From IMG/VR virus record IMGVR_UViG_3300010232_000003: a DNA stretch of 57,088 nucleotides; one strand, written 5' to 3'. The stretch comes from a virus. Each line of letters opens with the position of its first letter. Position 1 is the first letter of the stretch. Below, piece after piece: positions 53,898 through 57,088 of this stretch. The translations under genes and the position numbers were made by a program. A model generated the notes under the pieces. It was not told where the DNA came from. It worked only from the letters and a program-made list of their open reading frames with translations, and did no database searches.

Positions 53898-54194
53898 CTA
53901 CAAGTTCCGCTGACCACGCAGCTTTCGACACCCAGCGGCTAGGCTCCACGCTTCCTCAGTGAACCGTTTGATTGGCGTCACCATCTCGCCTCGCTCTGCC
54001 CGTTCCATCTGAACGTCGTCCCTGGATGCCCGTTTCGTCTCGCCCCTCGTAAGGATGCCAGCGACTTCGAATAGCTTGAGGTTCTGCCAGTCTTCATGGT
54101 TCATCCTGACTTCTTCCAACTCAGCGTGGCCATCGACGACACGCGCCTCGACGTAGAGCAGCGTCGAGATCTCGCTCGAGCCAAGCGCGTCCAC
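53898..54194 (-). CDS. Hypothetical protein
   Basis: Acidic frame. GTG 54194 or ATG 54104 could be the start. Confidence 0.45.
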   Translation of the reverse strand: MDALGSSEISTLLYVEARVVDGHAELEEVRMNHEDWQNLKLFEVAGILTRGETKRASRDDVQMERAERGEMVTPIKRFTEEAWSLAAGCRKLRGQRNL

Positions 54195-54288
54195 GGTAAG
54201 ACCTCGTCACACTCGTGTTCGACGAGCTGTACGATGTCAGCGATTTCATCACCGCAACTAACGCAGTCAAAACCGTTTTGCAGTGCGT

Positions 54289-54750
54289 TCATTGGCGTCT
54301 CCGGAAGTACTCGTACTCCGTCGTCGACACGTGCTCGCTCGGGTCGAGACCGTGTTCTCGGAGTATCTCCTCGAGGTCCTTCGCGTTGAACTTCATCGCG
54401 GCGACTGGATCGATGTCGTTCGCTTCCAACGCGCGGATCGCGCGTTCACGATTCTCGACGTACCGTCGACTACCATGACGCTTCACCAACGGTCCGACGT
54501 TTTCGTCGACCTCGACTCGCTTGTCGAGCTGCGCTTCGAACACGTCTTTCCGAGCGTCCTCGACGTGACCCGCGAGTTCCTTGAGCGCACCCGAGAACTC
54601 TGCGAGTCGTTCCGAGCTCGCTTCCTCGACGTCGAACGCTTCTGCTTGCCGGAGCTGATTCGACATCTCCTCGATGTCCTCGACGTCGATGTCAAACTCC
54701 ATGCCAACGGTTACATCGAAGTCGTCGAGTGACACGTCGTCGTCACTCAT
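54289..54750 (-). CDS. Acidic hypothetical protein
   Basis: 153-aa ORF. Confidence 0.6.
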   Translation of the reverse strand: MSDDDVSLDDFDVTVGMEFDIDVEDIEEMSNQLRQAEAFDVEEASSERLAEFSGALKELAGHVEDARKDVFEAQLDKRVEVDENVGPLVKRHGSRRYVENRERAIRALEANDIDPVAAMKFNAKDLEEILREHGLDPSEHVSTTEYEYFRRRQ

Positions 54751-55085
54751 ACCTGCCCACCAGCCATGCCGAGAACCGCGGCGAGTGAGTGGTCGCGTTT
54801 CTGTGCTTCCTCGAATTCACGGTACAGTTCCTCGTCGAGCTCCGCGAACTCCGTGATGAGCGCGTGGTACATCACGCAATCGTAGAAATCACCGTTATCA
54901 CTCGCGTGGTTGTGCGCGGTGATGAGCGCGCTCAATAAGTGGTGGAGCTCTACTTTCGCGATCGAGTCCGAAAGCTCGATTTGTCGATGCGCGTCGTGAC
55001 CGAAGAGCTCCTCGTTGAACTCTTCCGCGACGTCGTCACCGACTTTCTCGAGAAACGCCCGGTAGTCGTCCCCGTCAAGGGTCAT
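54747..55085 (-). CDS. Hypothetical protein
   Basis: 112-aa ORF that overlaps its neighbours. Confidence 0.6.
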   Translation of the reverse strand: MTLDGDDYRAFLEKVGDDVAEEFNEELFGHDAHRQIELSDSIAKVELHHLLSALITAHNHASDNGDFYDCVMYHALITEFAELDEELYREFEEAQKRDHSLAAVLGMAGGQV

Positions 55086-56101
55086 GCGAGTTCCTCGAGC
55101 GCTTCTTGGGACGCGTCGAGCGCGTTGTCACTCGGCGAATCGATTTCTTCCATGAGGATCTGGATCGCTCGTCCTTGGTGACGATCGTACACGTTGGGGT
55201 TCACGCCGTCGTCGCCGAGTTGCATCGTGTCGTGGTCGAGGTACTCCGTGACCGCGTTGTACAAGTCCCAGCGCCGGAACTCGTCGTCGACGGCGCCGTA
55301 GTCTCGGAGTTTCTTGAGGATGCGTTTCTGGTAATTCGGTCCGAACCCGGCGTCGTCGAGCGCTGGCATCGCCCAGGTCAACGGGTAGTCGTCGTCCTGG
55401 ATGGAGTCCACGATGAGCCCTTCGACTTCGGATCGTTGTTCGAGCACGTCGAAGATCAACGTCTCGACGTCGGATTGACTGAGCTCGTCGATGTGTAACT
55501 GAGTGAACTCCCCGATGGTTTCTTCGCCCCAGACCATCCAGTTCTGGCAGATGTAGCGATATCCCATGGTTTCGACGCGGATCCGCTCTGACGCGTCGAA
55601 CGAGTTAGCGAACCTGACACCGACGCCGAGGACGTCGCGCACCGTGCCGTCGTGTTCACCGAAACCCTGGAACTCCTCGGCTCGATCTGTCATGACTTCG
55701 CCTTCTGGTGGGACGTAGCCGTCGTCGACGAGTTCCTCGACGTCGACGCTGTGCCCTTCGAGTGTGAGCATGCCGTCGATGCGTTCACCGAAGTCACGGA
55801 TTTGACCGATGTCGATCTCGCCAACGGTTTGCCCGACTGCGTCGTCGATGACGCGTAGTACTTCTTCGTGTTGCGTGATCCTGTATTTGTCGGTGCCGAT
55901 GTACGCGAGCCTGTCGTCACGGTTGTTCCAGATGGCCTGGTGCTGGACTTGCTCCGGGTCGACCGGGCTAGGTGACTCGTCGCTGTATTGGTCACCGAGA
56001 TCGACGTACACTGGGTGGCTTGATGCTTGTGCGAGCTCGGCGAGTCCGTCTCGGAATTCTCCGAGTCCTTCGAAGTTGTGCTTGGTGATTGGACCAGGCA
56101 T
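55082..56101 (-). CDS. DUF932-like phage/plasmid protein
   Basis: RFANSFDASERIRVETMGYRYICQNWM resembles the DUF932 core as I remember it. Confidence 0.5.
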   Translation of the reverse strand: MPGPITKHNFEGLGEFRDGLAELAQASSHPVYVDLGDQYSDESPSPVDPEQVQHQAIWNNRDDRLAYIGTDKYRITQHEEVLRVIDDAVGQTVGEIDIGQIRDFGERIDGMLTLEGHSVDVEELVDDGYVPPEGEVMTDRAEEFQGFGEHDGTVRDVLGVGVRFANSFDASERIRVETMGYRYICQNWMVWGEETIGEFTQLHIDELSQSDVETLIFDVLEQRSEVEGLIVDSIQDDDYPLTWAMPALDDAGFGPNYQKRILKKLRDYGAVDDEFRRWDLYNAVTEYLDHDTMQLGDDGVNPNVYDRHQGRAIQILMEEIDSPSDNALDASQEALEELA

Positions 56102-56160
56102 TGCGTTTTCGAGTTGGACAGGATAGACAATAAAACTTTCTCTATCTGTCTTTATGAACG

Positions 56161-56652
56161 TTAGTCTTCAAACAGCCACTCGGGAGCCTGTCGACCGCGA
56201 TCGTAACGCACGTCCATCGCCTCGATTTTGTAGTCGCGGTAGTAGTCGCGATACGCGAGCCACACCGAATCGGCGTCGGACTCGTAATCAAACGCACGCG
56301 GTGGCGGAGTGAACTGGACGTCGTCGAAGTACTCGTACGGCGCCGCTGTGCCGTATCGCCAGTCGCGTAGTTTTTGGATCGACGTGTGCGATTTGTCGTA
56401 GCGATTCGTGTACTCGCCACCGACGGCGTACGCGTACAAGCGAGCCCAGCGCCAGTTCATCAACGAGTCAGCTGTCCATTGCACGATGGGGTGTTGCGTG
56501 TGCGTTGGTTTGTAGAACGTGTCGTCGCACCCGTTGACGTGTAGCGCGGTGTTGAGGATTTGCACTGCTTCGGTCGGGATCTTGACGACGTGTTTGTCGC
56601 AGAGCCATTGCGCGCACAGTGCGGTGTTTTTGTGGAACGCGAATAGTTGCAC
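56161..56652 (-). CDS. Hypothetical protein
   Basis: GTG 56652 lies about 23 nt after ACACTTATTA. The upstream part of the track ORF only translates the promoter cassette. Confidence 0.5.
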   Translation of the reverse strand: MQLFAFHKNTALCAQWLCDKHVVKIPTEAVQILNTALHVNGCDDTFYKPTHTQHPIVQWTADSLMNWRWARLYAYAVGGEYTNRYDKSHTSIQKLRDWRYGTAAPYEYFDDVQFTPPPRAFDYESDADSVWLAYRDYYRDYKIEAMDVRYDRGRQAPEWLFED

Positions 56653-56689
56653 GTGGATTTGTTTGGACCGAATGGTAATAAGTGTATCT

Positions 56690-56749
56690 GTAAGAGAAAG
56701 ACTTATTGTGATACCGGCCATTAGTCTAAATGGAAAAGAGGTCCCAACG
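56690..56749 (+). promoter_or_regulatory. Class-A promoter/leader cassette, full copy
   Basis: TGTAAGAGAAAGACTTATTGTGATACCGGCCATTAGTCTAAATGGAAAAGAGGTCCCAACG followed by ATG. Confidence 0.75.
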
Positions 56750-56926
56750 ATGAACGCACACACATTCGCTGACGGCGAAGAATTCGAGACGTACCACATC
56801 CGGTTCATGGTCACCGTGATCCACGAAGACGGCCTCGACGCAGCAAAACAGAAATCAGCCGCGGAGCGCTACAACGGGCTCATCACGGCGACACTGCGCT
56901 ACATGGCCGCTTGCGGAGAGAACTAA
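56750..56926 (+). CDS. Hypothetical small protein (58 aa)
   Basis: ATG directly after the cassette. Not listed separately in the ORF track. Confidence 0.5.
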   Translation: MNAHTFADGEEFETYHIRFMVTVIHEDGLDAAKQKSAAERYNGLITATLRYMAACGEN

Positions 56927-56927
56927 C

Positions 56928-57088
56928 ATGGCACTCATCCACATCAGTGCTCGACTCGACGAAACCGATCGCGTCGTCGTCACGTACGACTCCGTTCGAA
57001 GCGACGAGCACCAGACGCGGAGCGGCACGGTGGAGCGAGTCCAAACGGAGCCAGACACCGTCGTCACGTTCCAGCGGAGCGACGGACA
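56928..57088 (+). CDS. 5' part of the junction-spanning hypothetical ORF
   Basis: ATG 56928 lies 1 nt after the previous stop. The frame continues through the terminal repeat to TAG 150-152. Confidence 0.5.
   Translation, partial: MALIHISARLDETDRVVVTYDSVRSDEHQTRSGTVERVQTEPDTVVTFQRSDG
57034..57088. repeat. Direct terminal repeat, right copy
   Basis: Identical to nt 1-55. Indicates circular closure or terminal redundancy. Confidence 0.97.

Overview
The window is a complete genome of a tailed dsDNA virus. The first 55 nt are identical to the last 55 nt, so it is either terminally redundant or a closed circular assembly with a unique length of 57,033 bp. The host is most likely a halophilic archaeon: predicted proteins are strongly acidic, TATA-like boxes sit about 25 nt upstream of mostly leaderless starts, and GGAGGT-like SD sites occur inside operons. 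Nearly all genes are on the minus strand.

Modules:
- Replication and recombination (0.15-9 kb): ERCC4 nuclease, family-B DNA polymerase, Cas4-like nuclease, primase-helicase.
- Siphovirus-like morphogenesis block (10.8-31.7 kb): tail fibre with five tandem lectin-like repeats, tape measure protein, tail chaperone with a canonical -1 frameshift, HK97-type capsid, portal, TerL/TerS.
- A run of small zinc-ribbon genes (31.7-34.7 kb).
- An accessory half (34.8-57 kb) rich in nucleotide and DNA-modification genes.

Main observations:
1. A Ro60/TROVE-vWA protein operon is preceded by one canonical tRNA(CAU) and two tRNA-like, possibly Y-RNA-like, elements. Two more isolated T-arm elements lie elsewhere in the genome.
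2. An SF2 helicase gene is fractured at its DECH box by a split intein. The two intein halves are separated by a free-standing endonuclease with five C2H2 zinc fingers and an HNH domain. This is one of four C2H2-HNH genes.
3. A T4-like deoxycytidine-replacement gene set is present. It has two ThyA-family paralogs (both with Asp at the Asn177-equivalent position), Dcd, MazG, a dNMP kinase and a UDG-like protein. A GATase/amidoligase/MT-A70 cassette and a divergent NRAMP-fold transporter lie in the same half of the genome.
4. Regulatory DNA is reused across the genome: a roughly 56-nt promoter/leader cassette, a dyad-flanked promoter in three copies, and 19-bp iterons.

Functional calls come from motif recognition by eye. 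No database search was run.
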